From assembly GCA_051362555.1 (NCBI GenBank), contig CM120640.1, positions 66,442,788 to 66,506,787 on the forward strand: 64,000 nucleotides of DNA. The letters are read 5' to 3'. Origin of the DNA: Lingula anatina. Its lineage: Eukaryota; Animalia; Brachiopoda. Under the pieces are notes generated by a model that saw nothing but the letters and a program-made list of their open reading frames with translations, did no database searches and was not told the DNA's origin. The position numbers and the translations under genes are program-made. Below, piece after piece: positions 14,147-28,200 of this stretch; within the stretch, counting starts at the first letter, position 1, and each line of letters starts with the position of its first letter.

Positions 14147-15371
14147 TCCTTAAAATCCCGTAAATCTGTTAAATAACATATGTAGCCTAAGAGAGGCGTG
14201 GTCACAAACCCCTATATCTTACCTTGCAACTCGCCACAAGCGCAAGTAGGTTAGCAAACGAAGAGAGCAACAGAGGGCACTGGAAGTACCCTCCTGTTTG
14301 TATTCTATTGCGAACTGATGAGCCTGATGAGCGAGGAAACTTTGCCAGGCGAGAAAGAAAGCAGATCTGTGTTTTTCGCAGAAAACGCCCTCAGAGAGAA
14401 TAAGAAAGGTAAAATTCTCAATATTTCAGCTGGATTGATTTCGTGAGTAATACAAAAATGTTGTGTTAGTTTAAAACACAGCATTTTTAACAAAAGTGAA
14501 CAAACCTGTGAACATTCTATGTTTAAAATCGAATAAATGAAAAAAAAAAAAAAAAAAAAAAAAAAAAACGAGAAAGAGGGGTTTTTATATTGAGTGATGA
14601 AAGAAGAGAAGTACGAATAGACAATTCTTGAATTCTGCCTAATATTAGATCGAAAATTACAGAAGTAAAATTTTTACTAGTTGCGCTGTATGATGGCACG
14701 TTACGCCAGTGCGAATATGATAAACGACTTTTGTATCACGTTTTCTCCTTCCCTCATGTGTACTTAAAAATTTTTAAAAATATAAAAAAAACGTCATTTG
14801 AGCAGCATGATTGGGAGAGTTGAAAGATAACCTAATTATTTTTAGTTAAAAGAAATTACATAATTTGATCATGTAACTTGGAACCCAACATACTTTGTTT
14901 AATCCCAGTTACATTGCCTCACCAATGCCACGCCTGCAGTGCACGGTATTATATTGATTATACGACATTTATTATGGCACAATCTTAAAATTCGGTCTTG
15001 ACCAAGCGGATGCTGCCAAGTAAGTCACGTTATCATGAAAGATTCGTGACTGAAAAGACTCCTTTGTAGTACATGAGTTTGCAAGTTTTTTTTAAATCTA
15101 GTACACTGTAGGTTGTTTGGTCTTGTTGTTGTGGCATCGATGGATGTAGCGTTTTTAAAGTTCTTAACAATTCATTTTGCTATTCTTATAATCAATTTGT
15201 CAATTTTCGTCAAGCAATAAAAATGGCAAAGAATTTAGCAAACTTGATATAACCACAACATTTTACACAGTTTCTGCATCTCTGATAGAAATTACTGACC
15301 GTCTCCAAAAGATTATATTGAGCTCATGGCTGATAAATCAGGACTTACTGTGCCTGTGTTCTGTTCCAGGG

Positions 15372-17898
15372 ATGTCGAACTCCCGTTCAGCCACGGCCAC
15401 GGCTGTAGCAGTGCTAGGACTGCTTATTGCGGTAGCTGCACTTGTGATGGTGGTGATTGCGTATGCTAGACCAAAGATCATTAGGTGAGTCAAGAAGTTA
15501 GACAACTTCTTGGGTGAGTGAAGAGCGCTTCAAATTGGCGAGTAATTGTTCATTGATAGTTTTAAGATTGATTGAGCTTAACGGCATAAATTAGACATTT
15601 TATCGTATTATGATTTAGCTTCCTTTCCTTTTTTAATGTCAGAAGAGTGAGGCTGAGACAGTTCCAATTTAAACTTTCCAAATACACATCCAACGAAATA
15701 CACAGACCTCACTGTAAGCAAAACTAATTTAGACACGTGCCAATTTTTCTTGCTCCAGCCCCAAAATGGCTGCAATGGATATGGATATGGATATGATGGC
15801 CCAAAAAGTTAAAACTAATATGGAGACCGAAATGTCGGAAATGGTAGAGCAAATACACGAATACATGGTGAAACAGAAGGAGGAGAGTAAGGAAATGAGG
15901 ATGCGAGATGAAAAAAAGAGAATGGCAATGATGGAAGGGCACTACACATTTGCTTACAACGTCGACTGGAAACCTCAATACTATATGTGAGTAAAATATA
16001 GGCTTTTCATTCTCTTGTGTTTAGATGGTGTAAAAAATAAATACTTTCCGAAGAGACTACTGGTAAATGTCATGCCTCATAGCCAAAAACACGTTTATTT
16101 TCCTCGAAAAAATCTACTTTTTGATCCTACAGGTAACTAATTTGATAATTTATTTATGAAGTACAATTTTTTGGTCATAAAATGACCCGTGTTCACAAGA
16201 CTATATGGACTTGTACATCTAATTGGCATGCGTTGTAATGCATGTTATAAACATATTTGCTTCAGCAACCTAAGCAAACGTAATTTGTGGTATTTGTCTT
16301 TTCGATGGCTGAGGCAACTGTAACTGAACAATGTCGATATTCTTCTTTAGTGATCAAAATGGTTTTCTGAAAGGTCAAGGCCTGGACATGATGAAGGAAA
16401 TTTGTAAAATGGAGAACAAGAATTGCACCCATGTGGTCAACTACGATGGCGGTCCTTGTTGGAACAGCATGAGACGAAATGCTCCTGGTTTGTGCTAACA
16501 TATTCTACCTTTTCCATTTTCAGTTCGGTTGTGCCAAAATAGTAATGTCGATAAAAAAGGCAAATATGACAGCCTGAATTCTAGGTTTAACAAAATAACT
16601 TAATGTCAGAAACTAACTTTGCCATCTTTCAGACAGTTTAACACTGATCAATGAACAAAATCGCATCATAATTTTAAAAGACCTATAATTTGTTTTAAAT
16701 CACATTTTTTTTCATCTGATCTAACAAGGTCTGCAGGGCAGGTGGTTTGACGGATGTGTTGGCTTTATAAAGACTGTGGAACGATCTAACGTGTTTGCCA
16801 TTGTTGGCAGCATGTACGAACCCGTCAAGGGAGCCTTCTTCACCAAGGTCGGGGCAACGGTGGACATAGGAACAGCCAGAATCGGTACGCACTTATATGG
16901 TGGACTCAGCCGGGGACAGTAAACAATATTCTAAAAACGATATCACTCTCTTAAGGTTTCTAAACCCCAAAGAATACTAGACACGGTATGGTTCACTTGT
17001 GAAGAGCTACCAATGGCAAATGGAAAAGATATCATCTTCAGACGAAAAACCCACATTAACATTTTGTGATCCATCGTAAATCTTTGTTGCTTGTATTATT
17101 TGTTTCATTTCGTCATTGTTGCAGGTTTCGACAGTTCGTACTATACCAGCCCCGCTTGTCTGACAAGAAATGGAGTGGCTTTTGATGCTTCAGCGCACGT
17201 TTTGGCCGAAACCTACGACGCACTGGAAACTCATCTCAATAATGACTCGGTATGGCCTCGTATTCTGTCATTATCATGTCGCATTACAGACGCGTGGCAC
17301 TGCTAGTGTCTTCACAAATACAAATGTACCTTTTTCCTAAATATACTATCATCATTATCCTTATCAATATTAATCTCGTATTCATTTTTAAAAAATTGCC
17401 CAAACATATGAGTAAAAGAAAAGTATCATTTCAGATCGACGCCATCTTTGCTCCAGAGAACCAATTCCCAAACCTACAAAAGATAGCCACGACCTACGAC
17501 TGCGCCATTGGGAAGGGCGGCGTGATGGTGAGAAAGGACATGGCGCCCAGGATGATGTGGATCCATCGTGGACTGGAAAAGATGAAAAGATCCGGAAAAT
17601 TCCGCGAGCAATGCGAAAACGCTCTCAGAGATCATGGTCAGTTTTATTTATCTTCAGATTAAAGCAAAATCGAAATTAAATTTGGTCAATCAAAGATGTG
17701 AAGCTACCAAATTTATACAGGCACCACTAACATAATTTTATTGTAAATGATTTATTTATACCAGTATTCCATCAAAGGTGAGACCTTTTAAAATGACAGA
17801 TTTTAAAAGACCAAAATATTTACAGAGCGTACAAATACAGGTGCTGACCATTCTTTTTACATTTTTCAGGAGCTCCCAGTATTTGCGTTTCTGCTTAA
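15372..17898 (+). CDS. Solute-binding-protein-like gene, paralog D (intact, ~330 aa; TM anchor, Met-rich stalk, PBP type II-like domain)
   Basis: Phase-consistent exons 15372-15484, 15759-15986, 16351-16487, 16729-16884, 17125-17249, 17435-17636, 17870-17898. Motifs YTFAYNVDWKPQYY / GFLKGQGLDMMKEIC / GLQGRWFDGC..KTVERSNVFA / GGVMVRKD..IHRGLEKMKRSGKF resemble SBP family 3. Confidence 0.8.
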
Positions 17899-19219
17899 TT
17901 ACGTTGTTAAGACCGGGCACATTGATTGGACATCGAGTAAATACAGTTACCACTTCACCGCATAAAATGAAGAATTTACAAAGCGTTCACATCTTGACGA
18001 ATGTGACATCTCTTCGAATCCGGCTATCTTTCAAGGGAAAGACAAATTGACGAGCATTCATATGGGGAATTTCTCGAGTTCAGTATCAACGTGTTATGTG
18101 ATATGCTATTATGATTAACTAGACAGATTTACCTCAAGAAAATTTCTGTAAAAACCTTTATTTCGATTGACAAATTTCACAGAAACATACAACTTCCGTG
18201 ATAATAGTGGCATCTGCCCTCATCTACTTGGTTTTCATATTCTTTTCTAATTTGTTGCTTTAACTGCTCTTGATAACAAGTATATGTTGAATATGCAATA
18301 ACACTTTATATTACAGTTTCAGGCAAGAAATATACGCACACTGATATGACAACATTTTTACACAACTTTCTCTTTTAGTAAAAAAATAAATAGCCTAAAA
18401 TTCTACTTCTAGTTTGTTCAGTGTTTTCCTGGAATTTTGTTCAGCATATCTGTTAACAGACAAAACATACACACACAGCTTAAAAAAACACACAAAGCAC
18501 CTGCAGTCATGTGCTTCAAGTACCAATGGACAAACTATCTTGAATTTTTATGAAAAGGAATAAGAGGCTATAGAGACAGGAAAACTTTTTTTCAAGTTAT
18601 AATGCTAGGTTCTCATCAAATAAACCAATATTTAATAAATAACAAATTTTATCCCACTCCCTCTCATTGTTCATCTCTGGATTTGAACTACCTATAGGTC
18701 AATATCAAAATTAAATCTGTATTTAATCTCAGAGAAAAAAGACCCATGAGCATTTCCTCTCTAAACTGAAAAAAAGCTCATTTTTAAAGAATATTAATTT
18801 TCCCATACTATGAACCACCTCAAAATTTCTCCTTTATCTATTGTGAAAAAAGTTATTCATAGTTTCTACAAAGGATGATAAACCAGATTTATTCTTTACT
18901 TACAGACAAAATAACATCAGTCAAGCACAACATTTTGGTCCACCATCTATGGACCTTGATCAAGTGAATGGGGATTTCACCACCTGATTTCTTCAATTTA
19001 CTTATCACTGTATCCATTGCGTGGTAATAGATTTTACTCTATCACATCGCTGCCCACCCTACTATTCCACCCAGTTCTCAAACCATACAAAATATTATTT
19101 GCATTTTTCATACAGTTTAGATGACACACAACAGCTTTAAAATTTTCCAATTTACAGAGTGCTAGAGTGAAAGAATCACATCCCAATATGTGAGGTTGGT
19201 TGACAGATTGAGTAGTCTG

Positions 19220-22200
19220 CTAGGAGTCTTTACCAGAACTGGTATTTGTGCTAAACAGTTTTCCTGTGACAGGGCAGACATATTTGTTCTTGGCACAGTG
19301 GACATGTGTGATGATACCATTGGGATAGCGAACAAAGGTGGACTCACTGAAAGCTCTCGTACATACTGCGCATGACCTGGAAAAAGACACACTTTTACAT
19401 CAAAACTATACATATCAATAGAAGACTACACGTAACTTGTTGACTCAAAAAAGCATTTATCATTAATTTCAAACAAATTCTGTGGTACAAATTTATCTTA
19501 GGTATAAGCTGAAATTTTTGACCATTGTCAAACTCAATCCTTTGAGTAACTAAACAAAGTTTCTGGTCTGAAAGCATCAGTGTTATGCCGTGTCATGAAT
19601 GAAATACAGTAAAAGTAACAAGAATTTAATAATTTTTATAGTTAATTTACCTTGATTAAAATAAACATATATATTAGCTAGCCAGGTGGCAGCAAATTCA
19701 GCCCCCCCCCTTTCATGTTCAGAGGTTATAAGCGCACATCTAAAATTCTTACACAATCCATATGCCTTGTTTAATATCACATATTTAATTTTAACATATC
19801 AAAGAAGGCCGCAAGACATTTTCAACAAAGATAAAGAAAGTGTTTCTATTCACCTGTCTTCATTCATCAAAACAGCCTGTCTCTGGTCCTCCATTGCTCT
19901 CCTGTGGACCTCCAAGTTTTCTCCCCGTGACAGCATGCGCTCTACATGCCGCGTACGAGCCCTATCTAGACTGTTCCTAGTAGCTCTATGCAGAAATAGT
20001 TCTAATAGCCCCACCGACCAATTCTCTGGTAGGAGCTGGAGGATTTTGATGACATCAAAATCTGCCTCACTGCTGTTCAATAGCGAAACTGCTGGGTGTA
20101 TTAGGGTATCTCGTTTTCTGAAATAATTACAATTGTTCATAAAATATGCAAAAATTTGATAGAATGCTAGAATGCAGATAATAAAAATAATCATATAACC
20201 ATTAAATTTTGCATAACACTGACAGAAAAAATACATGATATATCCCTTAAAGGCACAAAGTAAGAAAAAGACCTCTAAATGGAGCAAAAAATGTTATTTT
20301 CCTGGAAGTTCAATGCTTTTTCCATAATCACCAAGGTAAACCAAACCCAAAATAATTCACAGAAATAAGATCCATCAACCAGTTCTTGAATTCTGAGAAG
20401 TTACTGATTATTTAGTCACTCTCTTAAGGTGTAATAGAGACCTGTAATTTTCAATTTTGGTAAAAGTTAATAACTTAGAAGTTGAGAACAGGTATGAAGA
20501 TCCTAATTTTCTCAACAGTTTTGGATAGGGTATACCTTGGGGAGAGAGAAAATTACTGACATTTTCAAGAAAATTCTTTTCATTTTCCCAAATAAAGATC
20601 TAATGCCTTTAATATGCAAGCATCTATTTCATTGCCAGAGGCACTTACTCATAGGAAGGGTCCAGGTAAACTCCCAACAGTATCTGGAACAGCCTCTTCC
20701 TGTACGACTGATCTTTCCCTTTGGAATTGACCAAACAGTAGTTTTCTGCTGCCCTGTAGTCTCGTAGTTTGTGAACTAAAAGGCGGATGGCCTTTTCATG
20801 CTCCTCAAGCTGTACAAATTTAATGTAAATATGTATTTAACTTCTGGCCATTTAGACCATAACTTGACAGGGAAGAACTGTTTATAGGAATAATATTACA
20901 ATTGATATAGCAGGTAAACTTACATTTAATCTAATTACCACTGATAGAAACTATTATCTATACTGTGAAAAAAGTATGAAAACTAAACCCATAATTATAT
21001 CCCTGCAATTAATACTGTTGAGTGGACTAGTGAGCTGTGCCATGACCCAAGCCCAAAAATATGACCACCAGAGGTTGAGAGTTACCTTTCCATAGAGTAT
21101 TGCACACTCCTCATACATGTCTGTCTCCTTGACCTTGCCCAGAATTAGCTGTATCCTATATAAGTTGGAAACTTGTAGCATATTCTGTAACTTTGACCTG
21201 AAAATATTCCCTTGTATTAAGAACCTTATCTGAAAAGGGACTCATCACGTGTATGAACCTTCTGTTACAACACCAGCAGCTGTGCTTACATATCTAGGGC
21301 TTTCTTACATTTACACCTACAGTAAAACGCACAAAGGTACTAAACTAGAACTAGAACAGCAATCATGAAAAAAAGTTAAACTAGAGGATCAGAGAGGCGA
21401 TACCGCCTCTGAATATTGTACCACCAGCTGGAGTAAGCGCAATCGTATAGACCCACACACACACACACAAAAAAGGGACACCACCACCAGTCTTGTGCTT
21501 GACAAGCTGTAAAAAATGCAATCAACAAGAATTCTCAAAATATGCAAAAAAAAATATATAACTAAAAATGGTACAATCAAAGTTCAGTTCATAGTGAGGT
21601 AGGCCAAATGTCAATTCAAGGTCACAGTAAATTTCCAGTATATGACTTCCTTTTCATGTTCAATAGCAACTATGGGCCTATCTCTGCCAGTTTTGGAGAT
21701 AAAAGGGAACCAAAATTTGCAAAGTTCAATTCATGATGAAAAGTAGGTCAAAGGTCAATTTCAAGGTCACATTTAGATTGCCAGTATATGACTTCCTATT
21801 GAAGTACAATAGTAACCATGGACCTATCTCTGCCAGTTTTGGAGATAAAAGGGAACCAAAATTTGCAAAGTTCAGTTCATGGTTATAAGTAGGTCAAAGG
21901 TCAATTTTAAGGTCACATTTAGATTGCCAGTATATGGCTTCCTATTCAAGTTCAATAGTAACTATGGACCTATCTCTGCCAGTTTTGGAGATAAAAGGGA
22001 ACCAAAATTTGCAAAGTTCAATTCATGATGAAAAGTAGGTCAAAGGTCAATTTCAAGGTCACATTTAGATTGCCAGTATATGACTTCCTATTCAAGTTCA
22101 ATAGTAACTATGGACCTATCTCTGCCAGTTTTGAAGATATAAGGGACTATATGTTATAATTTTGGAGTTACAATAATGTGCCATAAATTTCCTACAGAAA

Positions 22201-25200
22201 AAATTAATCAAAATAAAGAAAAGGTCATTTTGGTCAAAATTCTTGAAATTGGAAGTGCTCTGTAGTTCCAGATGTTCAAATTTGATGAAATAATGTCATT
22301 TTTGACCACAAGTTGTCTGCCTTGCCAAGCCTTATGTTTTATTTTTCCGGGGTTCAAAATTTATTATCCATTACCGTACTGCACATTTTTCTTTCACCAC
22401 CAATATGTACTTTTTGATACAGCGTAACTCGAAAACCGTATGGAATACAAAAAAACGGAGACCACCTCCAGTGTTGGGCTTTACATGCTCTACAAAATAC
22501 AAAAAAGAATGGGTCTTTAGCATTAACCGTTTCCTGAATTAGAGACAGTTTTCAGTTTCGGTATCTTATGGCCGCTACTCCCGTGAAAATGCACCGATTG
22601 CCCCAAATTCACGGGGATGAAAGATGAACCGAAGGGTAACACTTTCCAGTAATATTATTGGTTAATTCTGTGTGGTGTCTGAATAACAGTGCAAATAATT
22701 TTTTTTTCGTAAAAAAATTCGTTTTTTTGAAAATATTGGCCCGTTTGGCCTTTAAATAAAGGTCAAAGGTCAAATCCAAAGGCATATTTGAAATCTACAC
22801 ATATGACTTTTGGAAAGCTGTCTGTAGAAATTTTTCCCATAATTCCTTCCGTAGGATAGATAATTAGCATTTAATTTTGCCATTTTTGGACAAGGGTGCA
22901 TTGCAATGAGTGCCACACCTAGACCCCAATACCGACAAAGCCCAAATTTTACGTGGAACGAGTTGAGATTATAGGTGACCTAAATCCAAGAGATGGGTAT
23001 GGAGGCCCTTACCGTCTAGGAGGTGAAGCGGTAACGGTGACTTGTCGGCGGAGCCAGCGGAACGATCTGGTCGGGACTAAAACCATGTGTACCGCCAGCG
23101 CTAACGCTGGTGGTACAATTATAACATATAACTATTACTTACCTTGCTGCTTGTAAAGCTTCATTTGGTGTTTCAGAATTTTTCTTCATCTGCAGAACTG
23201 TATCTAAGTATAAGACAGCTAGATGTGTATGATACTTCTCTTTCTAAAAAATTAAAGAATAAAATTATAATAAATAAATAGAAGACAATAATAGTTATCA
23301 GAATTAATAAAGGAAATAAGTAAAATAAGCAAAGAGGTCTTTTACCATATTTATGATAAGAAAGTTTATGTATCACGCTAAGAATCTTAAATGCATTAGC
23401 ATACACTGGAGAAACTAAAAAACTCGAACATTTCACATAAAAAAAGGCATTCACAGAATAACAGATTTGTTTAAACTATAACCTTGGTTAATAATTTGTC
23501 CAAGAAGTAATTTTTTTTTTTTTGAAAACAGAATACACAGTTGGCAAAATTCTTACTTCTAACTTCTTTGTGAACACCAAATACTCTAGGTAAGCTATCA
23601 CAGCCCTAGGAAACCTGTGGAGATAGTCTATAACTGTGTCTGGGCGCATCCTTTCAGTCTGGGGTTCATCCTCTGGTCTCTCAGTGAAAATCTGAGAAAA
23701 ATTATATTATATTATATTATATTATATTATATTATATTATATTATATTATATTATATTCAAAACTTCATCTACTTAAATTCACACGTGTTTTAATCAATA
23801 CATTTAATCTAATCAGGTAAATATTATAAATATATGACAAAAACATCTTGTTTTTTAATATCTTGCCTTAACACCCTTCTCCTGACTTCTTTCTAGAGCC
23901 CAGTCCACATATTTCCATACAAGTTCATGGTTACTTAAACTGAAAAGGTAGAAGGATATAAATCTTGTAAGTCATACTAATTACTCTTGCCTGATATCAA
24001 AAGTGCAAGTGTATATGATTTAAGTATAAATAATTAGTGCTTATTAGATGTTATATTTTTAAAAATTTGCTTTGAAAGCTTTGTTAGCAAATGATCTCCT
24101 TTCCTGGACACTTACTTAGCTAAAAATTCAATGATAAAATCTATACCAGGAAACTGACCATCCTTCAGTTCTCCACTTGCTATTCTGGAATCAAAAACCT
24201 AAATATTATCAAGTCCATAAAAAATATCAATAAAAATAAATATAAAGTAATTTTTAATGTAATCAATTCTTAAATACTGCAAATATACACACTATGCTTA
24301 CACTGTTTATTTTGGAATATGCAAAAACATGATTAAAATGTCTACATGATTTATTATAAAATTTGGTTACAATCAAACCCTTATTGTTATTTTTACCTTG
24401 TCCATATTTGTAAAGCTTTTTCATGGTCACCATGATACCTATAGAGCAGCCCTAAAGCATACTGCCTTTGGTGCATTTCTAAACACTGAACACAGTCACT
24501 GAATTCACAGGCACACTCAGAAGCAAGTAGAAATACTAGGTTTGGGGAATTATTTTCTGCATACAACTTCAAGAGTGCTGTGTCAATTTCCTGGAAGGAA
24601 AACATCACATCCATGACTTTAATGACCATAAAAAATGCCACAAGCAGCAAGCAACAGCATTAACATACGTATATATATTTTATGTTTCATCTGGTAGGCA
24701 CTACAGAGGCCAGAGGAGATAAAAACCATACATTTATAATCCCACACATTTAGCAAAGGTTTAAAAAAACAACTTACTGTTTTGAGTCCAATGGATTCTT
24801 TGGTTTCTCTTATTTCTTCTAAATATTCTGCCAGGAACTGTTTATACTCCTTGACTCTGTCCACCTGGTGGTTGGCTAGCTGGTTCACATCGGCAATGTC
24901 CTTATGCAGGGAGGGAGAGCGGGTGAAGTTGGAGCTTGCGGGCAGCAAGTTGGGATAAATACTGATCAGCTGAAAAACAGATGTATATATTGATGCGAAA
25001 AGCAAACAAAGACAAAGACAGGTCAATGATATAATACTGATTTTCTTTCAAAAAGAATAATCATATACTGTACGTATGGTTCATAATATGATATTCAAAT
25101 AACACTAAAAAAATTTCAGCATCATACAACAACCAAACATGTTAAATGTGATCCAAGCAAAATGTCAAATTTGAGGGAAGTGCCCAGGTACCTCTCTGAC

Positions 25201-28200
25201 ATCTAACTGTCCATCTCTGAAGTAGTCCCTGGCTTGGTCCAGGTTTGCCCTGGCTAACTCCACAAACCCAGCCTGCTGGAGGATATGGACAAAAGCCTGG
25301 ACACAGGGAAAATGGAAAATTAATTACAACTTTCTACAAAATCAAAACTGTATATAATAGTTAACTTGAAAGAAAAATTACAAACAAAATTTTAACTTCA
25401 CACTCCTAAGCTTTGAGCTTTCTACTTCACCTTTTTGATATTGAAGCAATGAGGTAAGAGCTTTGCACTTAACAAACATCAGTGTTCCCACTCCTGCTCT
25501 TCAAAGGTTAAATTTACCCACCTTCTGGAACTTTTCCTTAGTGAGCCCATGGTTCCTAGCATTCTGAGCCAGCTCTATGGCTTCTTCCACCTTCTTGTTC
25601 TCTAACAAGTCTTGAACCTTGAAAATCAAAACATATTTTAACTAACAATCATCTCCAAATATTACACAGTGCTAGAAGGTATGTGCTATAAAGCAATAAG
25701 ATACAAAATGCATGGGTAGGTGACTTTTTAAATATAAATAAAATAACATTATTAATTAAATAACAGCAATGGGGTGCTATCTTACTTCTTGCCACATGAT
25801 TGGCATTGGTCAATTATTCCAGTTCAGGGTCAAAAAATCCCGAGTTGACCTCACTCGACGTCAATATATGTATGGAATATGTCTTATAACAGAGACCATA
25901 AAAAGCACACTAACCTGCTTTTCCCAGTGTACAGGGAATAGAGCCCATACATCATTTCCTGTGGCCACAAACAGCTTCCCATCAAAGTCATCCAAACACC
26001 TTCCTCCTTTAAATGGCACTGCCTGCTTCTGCTGCTGATCCAAAATACTGCAATTCCAAACATAATATAAAAAATAATGTTATGACAAGTGCCTCAGTGC
26101 CACAGCTATGAACTTGGTGAAATACATGCTGCAATGTTTTGCCTTCCACGTGTCAATCAAAATCATCAATAATTAATATTTATGGAAGGTTATCTAAAGC
26201 AAGTTAAATCTTGGCCAAGGATTGATGCACTTTCAAACTGAAGTACTGCTTGTTGAAAATGTTAAAACTTCATATTGTGGTAAAATACCAATGGCATAAA
26301 TTAAACTTAAATCTAACACAATAAACAGTTTTTACAATGCTGACCAGTTTTATAGAAAGGGTAATGAACCAGTCTTACCTATGTACAGTAATAAACTCAT
26401 CATTCATTGCTATAACATAAGGATGATGATATGTGATGGCAGTGAGGCTGTCGCTCCACATCAGAGGAGGGCGGGGCGAGGCACCTGTAGCATTGGCAAA
26501 TAACCCTAAGGCGTTGGGAGCACTCAGCAGAAACTCCTCCTAGTGGCATACAAAAATAGCAGTTAACAGTTCTGGTTATTGTTATTTTCAACACTATGAA
26601 CTTTTAAACGACAAACTTCAAATATCTGTTTGACATAAATTTGAAAAAAATAGAATAATGCAAGTAGTAAGAGACGAGGTTTTCAACCTGCATTTTCGGA
26701 GGAGGTATATACTTTTAATGTAATTTTTTTAGTGAACCTTGAACCTTTTGAGGAGGAGTGTACTTTCAATGTAATTTCTTAGTGACCCCTGAAACAGAAA
26801 GGAGGCTTTGCAAGCGAATTTTAATGACAATCATTTTAGTGTAAACGAGGGACGAGCAAATTCTAATGATGATTCAATAAAACCTAATAGGAGTTTTTTT
26901 TTAAAGAATAAATATAATTGTATAGCGAGCAAAGAAACGTAAAGGAGGGGTTTGTATGGTTATTTTAGCTATATTTAATTTCAGGAGTTATTGGAAAAAG
27001 TTTTTGATTATTTATTTTATTGAAAGGGCAATTTGAAACCCTTTTTTCTAGAAATGCGCAGAAGAATGCGTTTGGTGCGCCCTCACCCATCTCGTGTTTG
27101 TGAATATACAGCTGAATGCGTTAAGGCTTGCATGAGCTAGAAACCTCTTGAAAATACAATGCATCTAAGCGGTCTGGGCCAACCATGCAGAAAATTGATT
27201 TTGTCATTTCTGATGTCTTCTAGCTGACCCGTGATATGCTTACAAAGGAAAGTTCTAGAATATTTTTGGGAATCATTGCAATAATTAAGACACAGAGGGA
27301 GTTTTAGAATATACTGGAACTTTGAAAAGTTTTTTTTAATATAAAAATCATAGACACCTAGGTTTCTGCACCTCACATACCGGCAATATATCAAAAGTAT
27401 TATTGTATGCGCAGTGAACCCATGCGGTCTGCGCCAGCCATGCGGTAAATTGATTTTGCTATCACTGATGTCTCTGAGCTGACCCGTGTTATACCCACAA
27501 AGAAAAGCTCTAGAATATGTTGGGAAACATTGCAATAAGACACACAGAGAGAGTTTTAAATGTACTGGAATTATGAAAAGTTTTTTTAATATAAAAATCA
27601 TAGACGCCTAGATATCTGCACTTTACATACCGGTAATATATGAATATCATTGTACGTATGCGCAGTGCACCCAAGCGGTCTGCGCCGGCCATGCAGTAAA
27701 TTGATTTTGTTATTACTGATGTCTCTGAGCTGACCTGTGATACGTTCGCAAAGAAAAGTTCTGTAATATTTTGGGAAACATTGCATTAAGACACAGAAGG
27801 AGTTTTAGAATATACTGGAACTGTGAAAAGTTTTTTAATATAAAAATCATAGACGCCTAGATATCTGCACTTTACATACCGGTAATATATGAATATTATT
27901 GTACGTATGCGCAGTGCATCCAAGCGGTCTGCGCCATGCCAGCCATGCAATTAATTGATTTCATATGCTAGTACTGGATATATATGAATAGTATTTGTTA
28001 TACTATACACGTCCATTAGACCTAAGCGGTCTGTGCCAGCCATGCAATAAATTGATTTCATATACCTGGACTTAGAATATATCGTTCAAAAATTTGAGCT
28101 GTAAATTCTGCTCTGCGCTATGCATGTGTCTTTCTCTGCACAATCACTCTTATGAATTCTCATAAAAAATCGTATATATTTCGCATTTTAGAATTGTTAA

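Noticed and set aside
92-17898. Bacterial contamination or ionotropic glutamate receptor as explanation of the SBP-like genes
   Set aside because: Spliceosomal introns with conserved phases and linkage to TGFBRAP1 argue against contamination. No pore or M3 (SYTANLAAF-like) exons are seen, and the domain is not split by channel segments.
22953-23156. Similar short ORFs at 22953, 54609, 21389, 55338, 58260
   Set aside because: They recur only because they lie in copies of the non-autonomous Helentron-type element; no Rep/helicase motifs.
27137-27786. ORFs of 60-154 aa in the Polinton left arm
   Set aside because: Derived from the ~250-bp repeats, with frames not preserved between units.
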